From Octopus vulgaris (lineage: Eukaryota): a stretch of DNA of 64,000 bases. Where the stretch lies: positions 33,170,001 to 33,234,000 of the forward strand of contig OX597820.1 of NCBI GenBank assembly GCA_951406725.2. Direction: 5' to 3'. How positions within the stretch are numbered: the stretch's first letter is position 1; each line of letters begins with the position of its first letter. Below, in pieces: positions 43,975 through 57,143 of the stretch. A model generated the notes under the pieces. That model was not told the origin of the DNA, searched no databases, and saw only the letters and a program-made list of their open reading frames with translations. The position numbers and the translations under genes are program-made.

Positions 43975-44253
43975 GCATGCATCTTAGAATGAGGCTTGAA
44001 CACACGAGCTCCATCGCTGCTACGGATCATCAAACTGTACTTCCCCTGCCTTGCAAGGTTCCCAAAGATAGAATTGGAATGCCACCAAAGAAAAATACAT
44101 GCAAAACTATGAACGATGAAACTCATTTACATAATGCTACAAGATTACTGGACTGATATTAATTATGAAAATGTCAATAAAATATGTGGTCCTATGAGTA
44201 TGGTATGATTATCATATGTTCGACAAATATGTGTTTGTGTGTCTGCTGTTTCT

Positions 44254-44330
<77 letters not shown>

Positions 44331-44399
44331 CTTTATCTGTCTATATTTATACATGCATATGTCTGTACGTACACATATATATGTATACATGTATATATG

Positions 44400-44483
<84 letters not shown>

Positions 44484-44665
44484 ATATATATATCTGTATA
44501 TAAATATATATTTATATATATATATATATATATATAATCAGCCGAAATTGCGAAGATGATCCGGTTCTTGACTGAAGATTGAAGGCTTCGAATGTCCCGT
44601 CCGTGTTTTTTGTATCGTCTTCTAAATGTTTCACGTTCTTGTCCCAGTTTGTACTTTTTTACATT

Positions 44666-44700
<35 letters not shown>

Positions 44701-44871
44701 CGTGTATGCATATGTTTGCAGCATGGCCGTGTCGTAAGAAGATTGTTTTCCAGCCACATGATTTCGTGTTCAGACCCACTGCGTGGCACCTTGACCATGT
44801 GCCTAATACTATAGGCTCGGGCAGCCAAAGCTTTGTAAGTGGATGTGTTAGACGGAAACTGAAAGACGCCT

Positions 44872-45474
<603 letters not shown>

Positions 45475-45493
45475 TACATATACATATATACAT

Positions 45494-45558
<65 letters not shown>

Positions 45559-45770
45559 GTGAAATAGAAAGATGAATAATCTTGTAGCAGATTAAACAAA
45601 AGTTTAACCGATACCTTGGTAGCAAAAATCACAGCAGAAGACAGCACGGTTGGAGGTACAACCATATGGTGTTGCAACCGTGCGTTGGTGCGGATAATTG
45701 AATTTTAATATTATTGGTGAATTGAAGAAATGGAGCTGAACGAAGATTGAACAGAAATCGTTTTATTTCA

Positions 45771-45850
45771 TTCTACACGTGTTTCGAAAGGCACAATTTA
45801 CCAAAATCCGATTGAATAATGAGACCATATTGTGTCTTTCTCTTCAGGAA
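45771..45850 (-). ncRNA. Type-I hammerhead ribozyme in the PLE 3' region
   Basis: Minus strand TTC-CTGAAGA-GAAAGACACAAT...ATTGTGCCTTTC-GAAA-CACGTG-TA-GAA: canonical core, long stem II, palindromic stem III, GTA triplet. Confidence 0.8.
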
Positions 45851-46466
45851 GAAATAGGAAATCCGTTGGAAAAAACAAAAACAGAACAGAGGCGGAGCAA
45901 AACAAATCGAACTAGGCTCCTAAGAGCCCATGGCAAAACTGTTTATCAGTGTATGTTGAGAACCGGTGGTTGAAGATTTTAACGGGTCAGGCAGCGGTCA
46001 TTCCTGTGGGTGAGGGTGTGTAGATGTTCTTTGTGACCGAGAATAAAGTTCTGACTATTTAAGGAATATTGGATGTATTATAAGGGGCGAGAAAAAATCT
46101 ACTTAGAGACATGTGTGTGTTTACTATATATGTGTGCTGGCGCAGGTTGGCAAGAACTCCGTCAAGGGGTAGAAAACATTTTTTGTGTACGTGTGTGCGT
46201 TTGATCGCTCGGCTGTCAGTTGTTAAGCAGCTCTACACAATGGCTACTGCAGTAAAAACCGTTGGGTGGCAGAAAAATATTTTATGTTTTATGTGTGCGT
46301 GTGTTCGTCTAATCATGCCTAGTCAAAGAAACCCCCCGTCGTCAAAAACAAAGCCCCGTTTATCTTACAGGAGTAATTCCCCTTGCAGTGGTTAATCGTA
46401 ATTATCTTAAAGGCTATTTCAGAATTTATTACCAAGGGCTATGGGTGCAGGTATTATTTATAAGCG

Positions 46467-47575
46467 TTATTTATAAGCCAGATAAGTGTAACGCCGCCAA
46501 TGGGGGCATCGAAAAGCCGACTGTAAAAGTTCGTTTACCATCCGGTCTCTGGCGAACAATATATGGAAGAGTTCGGAGACACAAAGGTTGCACTTCCTTC
46601 TGCCCCTATCAAATGGGAGGGCCACCGACAAAATTGACCATTCCAGCCTGTAGCTTGAGTTCGTATCCTTCAATCGCCATATTAGCTTGCTGAGCCCCGT
46701 GGTCTGGCGTTTATTCATGTCTCGAAAAGTTGCGTAATGATTGGAGATTCGCAAAGCCAATCTTGACGATGAGGCCCCTACATAAGCGTAGACATCTGAG
46801 TCCGTGTAAACCTTGCATTGGTAGACGGCGTTTCTGATCTTGGAGTTCGCCGACGTGAATCTTATTCTGCTAGGATTAGTTTCTGAAATTAGAACTGCGT
46901 TACTGTCACTATATTTGTTACGAGAACTGCAGCCGCTTACTACTTTATTTTCCACTACGTCACTATTAACTAACGGAATAACCCCTGATTCTCCACTATC
47001 TATCAGAGTGCTGTCATTGCTAGTGCCCGTGGTGCTGCTATTGCAGGAAATGATGCTGGGGTTGCTATTGGGACTCTCTACCCTACTCCCATTGTTACCG
47101 TCAACTACAACACCCCTATTTATAATTATACCCCTAGTGTGTAATCCCTGGCTGGAGCTGAGATTATGAGTCACTGTACTGGCTCTCATATCATTATTAC
47201 TACTATAATTATTCCTACTGAGCATTAAACCGGGAGCGGAAGAGGCTGTGCCTCCGGAAAAAGGTGATAGGGTCTTAGTAAGCAGCCTATTATTATGGGA
47301 GGCGATTATCTGGGCGAGGTTTTTAGTGTTGGAGAAAGCTATCCTAACTTTATGCGAGTTAACCGTGGAGTAATATTTGGAATTTCTGGGGAAGTTATTG
47401 GCGATGGCTTGTCTAAACATGAGGGGGAGGTTAGTTCTAATCTGCTTACCAAAGGGAATTACAAACCATATATGCTTATTCCTATCTGTGTGATGGGTCG
47501 GGACGTTATTCATCCGAGAATCACCCACCCGAATGCGAAACAGTTCTAGTCCTGTAGAAGCTCCTTCTATAAAAT
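46467..47575 (-). CDS. Penelope-like ORF C-terminal part with GIY-YIG endonuclease (uninterrupted frame, no RT core)
   Basis: IWFVIPFGKQIRTNL..NFPRNSKYYSTVNSHKVRIAFSNTKNLAQIIASHN (PLE thumb region), AVYQCKV..YVGASS..RISNHYATF..TGLSKLIWRLK..WSIL..CNLC..RCPH. The upstream part of the listed 471-aa ORF is SINE/microsatellite read-through. Confidence 0.8.
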
Positions 47576-48051
47576 AAAAAATATATATATATGTATGTAG
47601 GTATGTATGTATGTGATTGTTCCCACCCCATCGCTCCATCGCTTGACAATCGATACTGGTGTGTTTATGCGTCCGTATCTTAGCGGTTCGGCAAAAGCAC
47701 CCGATAGAATAAGTACTAGGCTTAAAATGAATAAGGTTCTGAGGACGATTTATTCGACTAAATCTCTTTAAGGCGGTCCTCCAAAATGACTGAAACAAGT
47801 AAAAGAATAAAATAAAGAATACATATACATACACACATACATACACACGCATATTTATACATATACATATACATACACACAAACGCGCGCGTGTAAATAT
47901 GTAAATACATTTACATATTTACATATATATCTACTAACACGCCAGACTTAAAGATCTGTATAGTCACCATCCTCACAATTCTTGGTTAATATATATATAT
48001 ATACATACACAAACACAAATATATATATATATATATATATATGTATACATG

Positions 48052-48093
<42 letters not shown>

Positions 48094-48800
48094 TACCTAT
48101 ATGCACTTTTACATATATTTACTCAGCTATGTTTGTACAAGTAATAGGAGAATGTGTGTACAATGATTTCTTCGCATTACATCTAAGTGTATGGACACAA
48201 TAATACGAAGCGTGCATGTTCTTACCTCAGTGCGTATATATCAATATACATACGCATATATATATGCTTGTACGCAGTTATTTATGTGTATGCTTTTGTT
48301 TCTCTACATATCTGTGTGTGTGTGTGGTGTGTGTGTGTGTGTGTGTGTGTCTGTGCGTGTGTATACTCCCTTGTTCTTGGCATAAGTGACACCAGGTCGG
48401 TGAGATAATGGCGAGTATTTTAACCGTTATGAATGCTTGCTGGCAATTGTGCTTATCCTCTTCAAGTGAAAGCTGACCGATTAAATAACAATACACACGC
48501 CTTGTACGTGTGTATATTCATATGTATATACACATAGATGTATGCATACATAAGAAGGATATATGTGTGCAAATATATTAAATTACATATACATAGAATC
48601 ACAGAAACGCACGCTTATGGACAATCAGACATTCGTAAACACCCAAACACTCATATTCATTGTATGCACTTCTTTAAGTGAGTGAGCGTGTATGAATGTA
48701 TGTGTGCGTGTGTGTATGTGTATGTGTGTGTGTGTGTGAATGAGTGTGTGTGTGAATGAGTGTGTGAGCACGCATGAATATATATACACGTACACAGATG

Positions 48801-48834
<34 letters not shown>

Positions 48835-48920
48835 TAGATATATTACTACATATATAATATGCATTCACACATACATATATGTTTGTATGGAAGCATGGAT
48901 ATATATATGTTTTTATATAC

Positions 48921-48958
<38 letters not shown>

Positions 48959-49342
48959 GTGTGTCTGTGTGTGTTTGTTATATATGCGCATATATATACA
49001 TATAATATATAATATATATATAATGCATACATATATATGTATACATATATATGATATATACATATATGATATAGATATATGTATATATATATGATATATA
49101 TATATATGGGATATATATATATATATATAAATACATATATATACATATTATATATATGATATGATATATATATATATATGTATATATATAATATACATAT
49201 TTATATATATACACGCATATATATAGGTAAACATATTACTACATAATATACATTCTCACATAGATTCATATAAGTTTGTGTGTATGTGTGCATGTATATA
49301 TATATAGTGTTTCTATGCGTGTATATATATACATCTTTATTC

Positions 49343-49390
<48 letters not shown>

Positions 49391-49613
49391 ATGCATGTAT
49401 AAAGTGTTTATAAATAGAAATATATGTACACACGTTCATATGTATGTATACGAGAGAAGAAAAACAGTCTACAACAGAAGGGTTGTTCTTTATGTTGTTT
49501 GTCTTGTTTTCCTTTTGTGTCTTTCGTTGTTCAAAAAAATAGTTTATATTCGATGTACTCGTACTTCGTGTTTTTTTTGTTGTACACGTTTCATGACGTC
49601 CTGTACCTACATA

Positions 49614-49675
<62 letters not shown>

Positions 49676-49679
<4 letters not shown>

Positions 49680-50458
49680 TAACTTAAAATTGTATGATAG
49701 ATTGCCGTCATTTCATTCTTTCTTTCTTACCTGTCTGTGTTTGCCTTTCAAGTGCTGTGTTTTTACTGAGATCCCCCTTTTAGTAGAAGGAATAGCTATA
49801 TCTCTTTGACTGCTATTTCTAAATTCGGTGTGTTGGTGAGGCAATTCGTTGCTAAACCCTTAATTACTTAGTATTACTTAAATTTTCCTCGAATGGGGCT
49901 TTTACATGCCGAAATCTACTTGGTGTAATTGATAATTATTCCAAATTAATTAATTTCACCCTTTATTGTTACTGATAACCATATTTTATCCCAGTAAATG
50001 ACCACAGCATTTTGTCTTGGCTACACGCGGGTGGAAGGGGGCTGGTGACACAAACTTTCATTCACACTTTGAATTTCGTGGTACTGGTCATGCTTTGGCT
50101 CGCTCTGACACTGAGTTGAGATAATGCCTTCTAGTATCTCAAAATTTAATATACAATTATTCATAATTGTAGTATCCTGCACCGATGAGAAAAGAAGTTT
50201 GGGTAAGGTAGAATTTTCTAATTCTTATGCTTTCCTAAAACTTGATTTCGAAACGTACGTCCGTAGGTAACTTAAAATTGTATGATAGATTGCCGTCATT
50301 TCATTCTTTCTTTCTTACCTGTCTGTGTTTGCCTTTCAAGTGCTGTGTTTTTACTGAGATCCCCCTTTTAGTAGAAGGAATAGCTATATCTCTTTGACTG
50401 CTATTTCTAAATTCGGTGTGTTGGTGAGGCAATTCGTTGCTAAACCCTTAATTACTTA

Positions 50459-50462
<4 letters not shown>
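49676..50462 (+). mobile_element. Retrozyme-like element: 588-bp monomer plus 199-bp terminal direct repeat, inserted in (TA)n
   Basis: 49676-49874 repeats at 50264-50462, apparently identical; a hammerhead immediately precedes the second repeat. Confidence 0.85.
50176..50267 (+). ncRNA. Type-I hammerhead ribozyme (U4C variant)
   Basis: CCTGCA-CCGATGA-GAAAAGAAGTTT...AAACTTGATTTC-GAAA-CGTACG-TC-CGTAGG; GTC triplet ends at 50261. Confidence 0.75.
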
Positions 50463-50503
<41 letters not shown>

Positions 50504-50602
50504 CACGAATGGATGTAAGTATGTACATATACGTATGTGTATATGCATATATATATATATATGCATATACACATACGTATATATATATATACATATATAT
50601 GT

Positions 50603-50755
50603 AGGCGCAGGCGTGGCTGTGTGGTAAGCAGCTTGCTTACCAACCACTTTGTTCCCGGTTCAGTTTCACTGCGTGGCACATTGGGCAAGTGTCTTCAACT
50701 ATAGCCTCGGGCCGACCAAAACCTCGTGAGAGGGTTTAACTGAAATAAGCCCGTC

Positions 50756-50796
<41 letters not shown>

Positions 50797-51235
50797 CGTG
50801 TGTGTGTGTGTATATATATGATTCGCCATGATAGATCGCTAGCAACTACACACATTTTTCCTCTCCTTGTTTCTTTCTGTGTTCCTTTCTGTGGAGGAGC
50901 GCAGGCTCGAAACGTTAAAGACTTTTTCAATTCCCGAGCGTTATAATAATACATCTGTTTGTTTTCTACACCACCTGTTTTACTACTTTTGCTTTTTTGG
51001 GGGAATTCTCCCTATATATATATATGTATATGTGTGTGTGTTTGTGTCTCTGTGTTTGTCAGCCCAACATCGCTTGACAGCCGATGCTGGTGTGTTTACG
51101 CCCCCAACTTAGCCGTTCGGCAAAGAGACCGATAGAATAAGTAGTAGGCTTACAAAGAATAAGTCCTGGTGTCGATTTGTTTGACTAAAGGCATGGCCGC
51201 AGTCAAGTGACTGAAACAAATAAAAGAAAAAGAAA
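50603..51235 (+). mobile_element. SINE family A interrupted by an H1 element (50821-51014) in its internal microsatellite
   Basis: SINE 5' half at 50603-50760 and 3' half at 51030-51235, with an H1 copy between TA-rich tracts. Confidence 0.8.
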
Positions 51236-51419
51236 AAGGAAAAAATACATACACACACACACACACACACAGAGAAGGATACGCACACGCAGAAAGCGAG
51301 AGAGAGAGAGAGGCACACACAAAGAGGCAGAGAGAGAGTGAGAGAAGCAGAGAAGAACACTTAGCCAATCTTAATAATGTGAATAACCACCAAACAGATA
51401 GAACGTAGGCATTCCGCCC

Positions 51420-51456
<37 letters not shown>

Positions 51457-51737
51457 GCACACATGTATACACACACTCACTCATACACACACACACACAC
51501 ACTTAAGTGTGAATATGTAAATCGAGGAATGTTTATTCGAAGTGGGTGTCACTCGGATAAGCTTTATCTCTGTTCTTGTATTTCTGTGTTCGTAAGAATG
51601 GAAAGTGGGGCGGACGTTGAGGCAAGGTGAGCACAAGAGGCGTTGAGGAGACAAGGAGGAGTGGGGCGTGGAGATGATGCGCACGCGCGTGTAGCGTTGC
51701 CAGTGTCTGCGTTGTTGTGTGTGTATGTCTAGTAGTG

Positions 51738-51755
51738 ATACAATTTGTTGTTGTT

Positions 51756-51838
<83 letters not shown>

Positions 51839-52098
51839 GGTGCTAGTGGTAGTGGTGCTGCTGCTGCTCCTGCTGCTGATGGTGGTGGTGGTGGTAATGG
51901 TGGTGGTGGTAGCAGCAGCAGCAGTAGTAGTAGTAGTAGTTGTAGTAGTAGTATTTGTAGTAGTAGTAGTGGTGTGGTGGTGGTGGTGGTAGGAGTAATA
52001 GTAGTAGTAGTAGTAGTATTTGTAGTAGTAATGGTGATGGTGGTAGTATTAGTGGTGGTGGTGGTACTGGTGGTGGTAGTGGTAGCAGTAGCAGCAAC

Positions 52099-52174
<76 letters not shown>

Positions 52175-52320
52175 AGGGCAGCGGACACGAGGATGGGGCT
52201 AGTTGCAACTTTGGTAGTGTTTGTAAACAGACTGATAGTAGTAGTCGATGTAGCAGTAGTAATAGAAGTTGTTGCTATTGTTGTTGTTGTTGTTGTGGTC
52301 GTGGTAGTGGTTATTATTTA
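51738..52320. repeat. Compound (GTA/GTG/GCA/GTT)n trinucleotide tract
   Basis: About 580 bp of interspersed trinucleotide repeats; similar tracts at 7100-7330 and 8380-8610. Confidence 0.9.
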
Positions 52321-52502
52321 ACCCATACAGTGATAAAAAGTGCGGATTAAGCTTTATCAGAATGGAAGATATCACTCAAAAGTGACCGATAGAATAAGTA
52401 CTAGGCTTACAAAGAATAAGTCCTTGGATCGATTTGCTCGACTAAAGGCGTTGCTCCAGCATGGCCGCAGTCAAATGACTGAAACAAGTAAAAGAGTATA
52501 TA

Positions 52503-52620
52503 CAGCAATCCGGTGCAACCACAACAGATCAGACATAATTGTATGGGACTGTGAGCAAAAGTCCTGCAATGTTGTAGAGACCGGCTGCCCAGAAGATGTG
52601 TGCATATCTCCTGAAAATTT
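52503..52620 (+). mobile_element. R4/Dong-like RLE fragment
   Basis: HNRSDIIVWDCEQKSCNVVETGCPEDVCIS resembles the RPD-x-E catalytic motif of restriction-like endonucleases. Confidence 0.55.
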
Positions 52621-53247
52621 AGGGAGAACTGATTACATCCAGGCTACAGATTTTCATTTCTTCCTATTACACTGTAACACATTTTTTTAATCCTTAGTAG
52701 CGACTGTTATTTCCTATTTGTATACCCCTAGAAAATATGAGAAAATGGCTAATATTTCCTAAGCTTTTGTTACATCTATTCAAACTTCAAAGAATCCCTC
52801 TCAACACATGACTATGATGCTTCCCCTCTACTCCTGCTCGTGATCAAAGGTGCACATATTGTCAACCACTAACGGGCATGCTCAAATGGTTTTGGTGAAG
52901 CAACTGACAAGCAAATCTGTGGTATTGAGCGCTGAATCTATCTGAAGTGCAATAGAAAATAGGTCATTTTCAAAACATTGATGTACAGGTCACAAAAGCA
53001 AAGCTTGAAGGAAACAGTTGTCATTTCCTTTGATTTCTAGGAAATAACACCTACTGACCAAAAACAAATTATATATATATATATTACCGTGATATCCGTG
53101 ACCGACCAGGCTATCAGATGTTGCTACACATCGCTGGTCACAATGCGCTTCGCATTGTTTTAACCTTCAAATGACGCCACCCCGCTGGCTAAGCGAACAG
53201 GCCAATACACACACACACTCACACACACATACATACATACATACATA

Positions 53248-53824
53248 CACAGAGACATGCAGGAAGTAAATAGACACCTTTAATTTTCAAAATCTTTTAT
53301 TTGATGTTAATTGGTTGAAGTAGAGGTTTTCTTCTAGCTGCTCGTCCATAATACCCAAGCTTATGCAGATATGTAACACACATTCTTGGACAAACTTCTA
53401 GCTGTTTTGCGATGTCAGGAGCCTTCGAACAGGGTTCGTTTTCCACAAATCTCTTCAAACAGCGAAGCTTCCTTTCCGAGGGCCCAAGTCGGTCGCAATG
53501 AGAGTCTGTTGAGAGTCTATTGGCTTTTGAATTGTACAATAATTCTATTAACTGTAGCAAGGAGATTTGAAAATTTTCGGCAATTTTTCGCTGGCTAAGA
53601 CCAGTTTCAGATTGCCCGACAATACGACCTCTTTGAAAATCTGAAAGTTCTGCTGAATTTTTTGTACGTAGGATGGTTACTCTTCGCAAATGCTTAATAT
53701 AATGGCACTTGGAATGAAAAAGAATAATTACATTGTAAATTCTACACCGTTGAAAACATATTAAGACGCTTAGATCAGAAATTTTGAAAATTAAAGGTGT
53801 CTATTTACTTCCTGCATGTCTGTG
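53248..53824 (-). mobile_element. Internally deleted Tc1-family DNA transposon
   Basis: About 40-bp TIRs AGACATGCAGGAAGTAAATAGACACCTTTAATTTTCAAAAT with TA flanks. ORF 53297-53689 encodes the N-terminal HTH region (ELSDFQRGRIVG..GYYGRAARRKPLL); the DDE domain is absent. Confidence 0.88.
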
Positions 53825-53910
<86 letters not shown>

Positions 53911-54347
53911 CAATATTTTGAACTAATGAGTATACGTTAGTTAGTGTGCTGATGTGTTGAGTAAAGCACTCGCGCAGTTTGGGTTACCTGGTGTCATCCG
54001 CAACATAGTATGTTGCGGATACTATAAAGGATAGGTCGAAATGATCATCGTACAAAATAAAGGGTTATACCAGCTCCATCTGTTTACTTAATTGATTATA
54101 TATATGTGTGTGTGTTGTTTGTTTGTTTGTGTGTGTGAGTGTGTTTACACATTAGCCAATCCAGGTAACCATGAATCTCAAGATCTGCCAAGACTTAACC
54201 CAAAGAGCCTTGCCACATTGTAAGTGACCGGCTTAAATTCTTCGAAGGGTAATAAAACGCGAAACTAAATTCCAGTGACACATACATACAAATGTATGTA
54301 TGTATAAGTACACATACATTTTATGTACATCTGTATTTATCTATTTG

Positions 54348-54390
<43 letters not shown>

Positions 54391-54711
54391 TATATAAAAT
54401 GTGTGTGTGCTGCCACATACGCACATATGTACTTTATAAAGGGAGAGAGAGAGAGACACCTCAGAGCACGAATTAGAAAAAAGAAATACTAAATAAACAA
54501 GTTCTACATAGCAATACAAACAACTACAACAACAAATGTTGCTTACCACCTCCTCACTACCCACACCACCTGTCTCATATTCACCAGGTATTTCAGTATT
54601 TCACTATAGAAACACACATAAATATATATTTATATAAATTACATTACATATATATTTTATATTCTATATATATATATACTTATATATTATGTATGTATGT
54701 ATGTATGTGTG

Positions 54712-54753
<42 letters not shown>

Positions 54754-54800
54754 TATATTAGGTATGTACGTATGTATATTTAAATATATCTATATATATA

Positions 54801-54890
<90 letters not shown>

Positions 54891-55882
54891 CTTACTGTCG
54901 TTCGTTTTTGTAAGCCACCCGGATATTAAACAACAGAACAACTGTTCTCTATACGGGTACACCGTGACGACAACACCAGGTGAATCCCCACTGTTTTCTT
55001 TTTCGCTTCTCTTCCTTCTTTCCTTCTTTCCTTCATGCCTTCCTTCTTTCTTTCTTTCTTTCTCTTTTTCTATCCTTCTTTATTCTTTTTCATTTTCTTC
55101 TCACCTTTTTTGTGCCTGCATTTCAAATAATTGTGTGTCTATATTTGATTTATTATTGTATTGCGGTATGTATATATGTGCGTATGTATGTATGTATGTA
55201 TGTATGTATGTATGTATGTATGTATGTATGTATGTATGTATGTATGTATGTATGTATGTATGTATTTATACACTAATGTAGGCATGCATGTGAGGGTGTA
55301 TGTATGCATATAAATATATACATGGATGAATATATATTTCATTAGGCGTGCGCCTGTGGGCATAAATGTAAATATGATTGTATGAAAGCACACACACACG
55401 CACACACGCACACACACACACACACATATGTATGCATGTATGTATGTGTATGCATGTATTTCATTCTCTGTTTCGTCTGCTGCTCAGTCCCTATCTCTCT
55501 TTCACTTTCTCCTTCTCTTTCTCACACACCTCCACGCACACACATGCGCACACATGCACACATGTCATATTTGATAAAATAGAAAAGAAATTAGCAACAT
55601 GATTGTGAAAGTAAACAAGGTAGTTATACACAGTTTTTATGTCTTTGTGGACGGAAAAAAAGGCATTGATAATAGTTTCTAATTCTTAAACTTTCACCAG
55701 AAAAATAATAACCATCGAAGAAATTACCTTAACGCTATTTATAATGAATATAATCCTGAAATCCAGCAACAAATGATTACCTAATCGCTATTTAAAGTGT
55801 ATACAATCCTGAACACAGAAAGTGGTGCTTCTAATTTGCATAACAGTGGATGCAATGACAACGTGATGAAATAATTGATAAT

Positions 55883-56048
55883 AGGCGTTGGAGTGGCTGT
55901 ATGGTAAGTAGCTTGCTTACCAACTACATGGTTCCCGGTTCAGTCCCACTGCGTGGCACCTTGGGCAAGTGTCTTCTCCTATAGCCTCAGGCTGACCAAA
56001 GCCTTGTGAGTGGATTTGGTAGACGGAAACTGAAAGAAGCCTGTCGTA

Positions 56049-56103
<55 letters not shown>

Positions 56104-56320
56104 ATATGTTTGTGTGTCTGTGTTTCCCCCCCTCCCAACATCACTTGACAACCGATGCTGGTGTGTTTACGTCCCCGTAACTTAACGGTTCGGCAAAAGA
56201 GACCGATAGAATAAGTTCCACGCTTCCAAAGAAGTCCTGGTGTCGATTTGCTCGACTAAAAGGCGGTGCTCCAGCATGGCCTCAGTCAAATGACTGAAAC
56301 AATTAAAAGAGTAAAAGAGT
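55883..56320 (+). mobile_element. SINE family A, full length
   Basis: Family A head, internal microsatellite and tail. Confidence 0.9.
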
Positions 56321-56820
56321 AATCCGTTTCACTACTGGCACGAGACCTGAAATTTTTAGGAGAGGGGACTAGTCGATTACATAAACTCCAGGGTTCATCT
56401 GCTATTTATTTCACAGTCCCCGAATGGATGAAAGACAAAGTCGATCTCTGTGGAATTTGAACTCAAAACATAAAGACGGACGAAATGCCGCTAAACATTT
56501 TGTTCGGTGTGTTAACAATTAAACTAATTCACAACTTAAATGAAACAATTCATAAAGCTATACAAGGTGGTTAAATGATTGTAGATAATTTGAAATTAAC
56601 TACTTTATCTGCGCTTGCACTGTTATGCAAATTACAGTGACTAATTCAGTTTGTATTACATTTTATCGTTTTGTCATGAGTGAAGCTGTGCCTATCACCC
56701 TCTCACGGGCCTCTCAGACAACTGAGAGATTTTGAGTCGTCTTAGAGTTAGATTCATCATGAGCCCTATGACTCATAAGGCCGGAAGTTAGCTTAACTTC
56801 AATGGCTTATAAGTGACTGA

Positions 56821-57143
56821 GCCATGTGAAGGCGCTTGGCTCTGTGGTTAGAGCGTCAGGCTCCCAATCATGAAGTAGTGGGATTCCCGGACCGGGATGT
56901 GAGTTGAACAAGACACTATATTTCACGTTGCTCCAGTTCACTCAGCTATAGAACTGAGTCATGATGTCATTGGTGCCAAGCTGTATTGGCCTTTACATTT
57001 CCCTTGGATAGCATTGGTGGCGTGGAGAGGAGAAGCTGGTATGCGTGGGCGACTGCATGTCCTGATTTGTGTCTCAGAGGGGAACTTTACTAGGTTCAAT
57101 CCTATCATCATTCATGACCGAAGGGGTCTTTATCCTTTACTCT
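56821..57143 (+). mobile_element. tRNA-derived SINE, family D, with 14-bp TSD
   Basis: TGGCTCTGTGGTTAGAGCG head; TSD TTATAAGTGACTGA at 56807-56820 and 57144-57157. Confidence 0.75.

Larger units (their letters stand above)
45557..47575 (-). mobile_element. 5'-truncated Penelope-like element (RT thumb end, GIY-YIG, and 3' pLTR with hammerhead)
   Basis: Open frame from about 47575 to 46467, followed downstream by a hammerhead at 45771-45850; TA-rich repeats at both ends. Confidence 0.85.

Noticed and set aside
47576-47882. N-terminal part of the 471-aa ORF
   Set aside because: It reads through a family A SINE fragment and microsatellite; not part of the Penelope protein.
51719-52321. Poly-Ser/Gly/Ala or poly-Pro/Thr protein exon
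   Set aside because: A compound trinucleotide tract open in several frames on both strands, with no splice or domain support.
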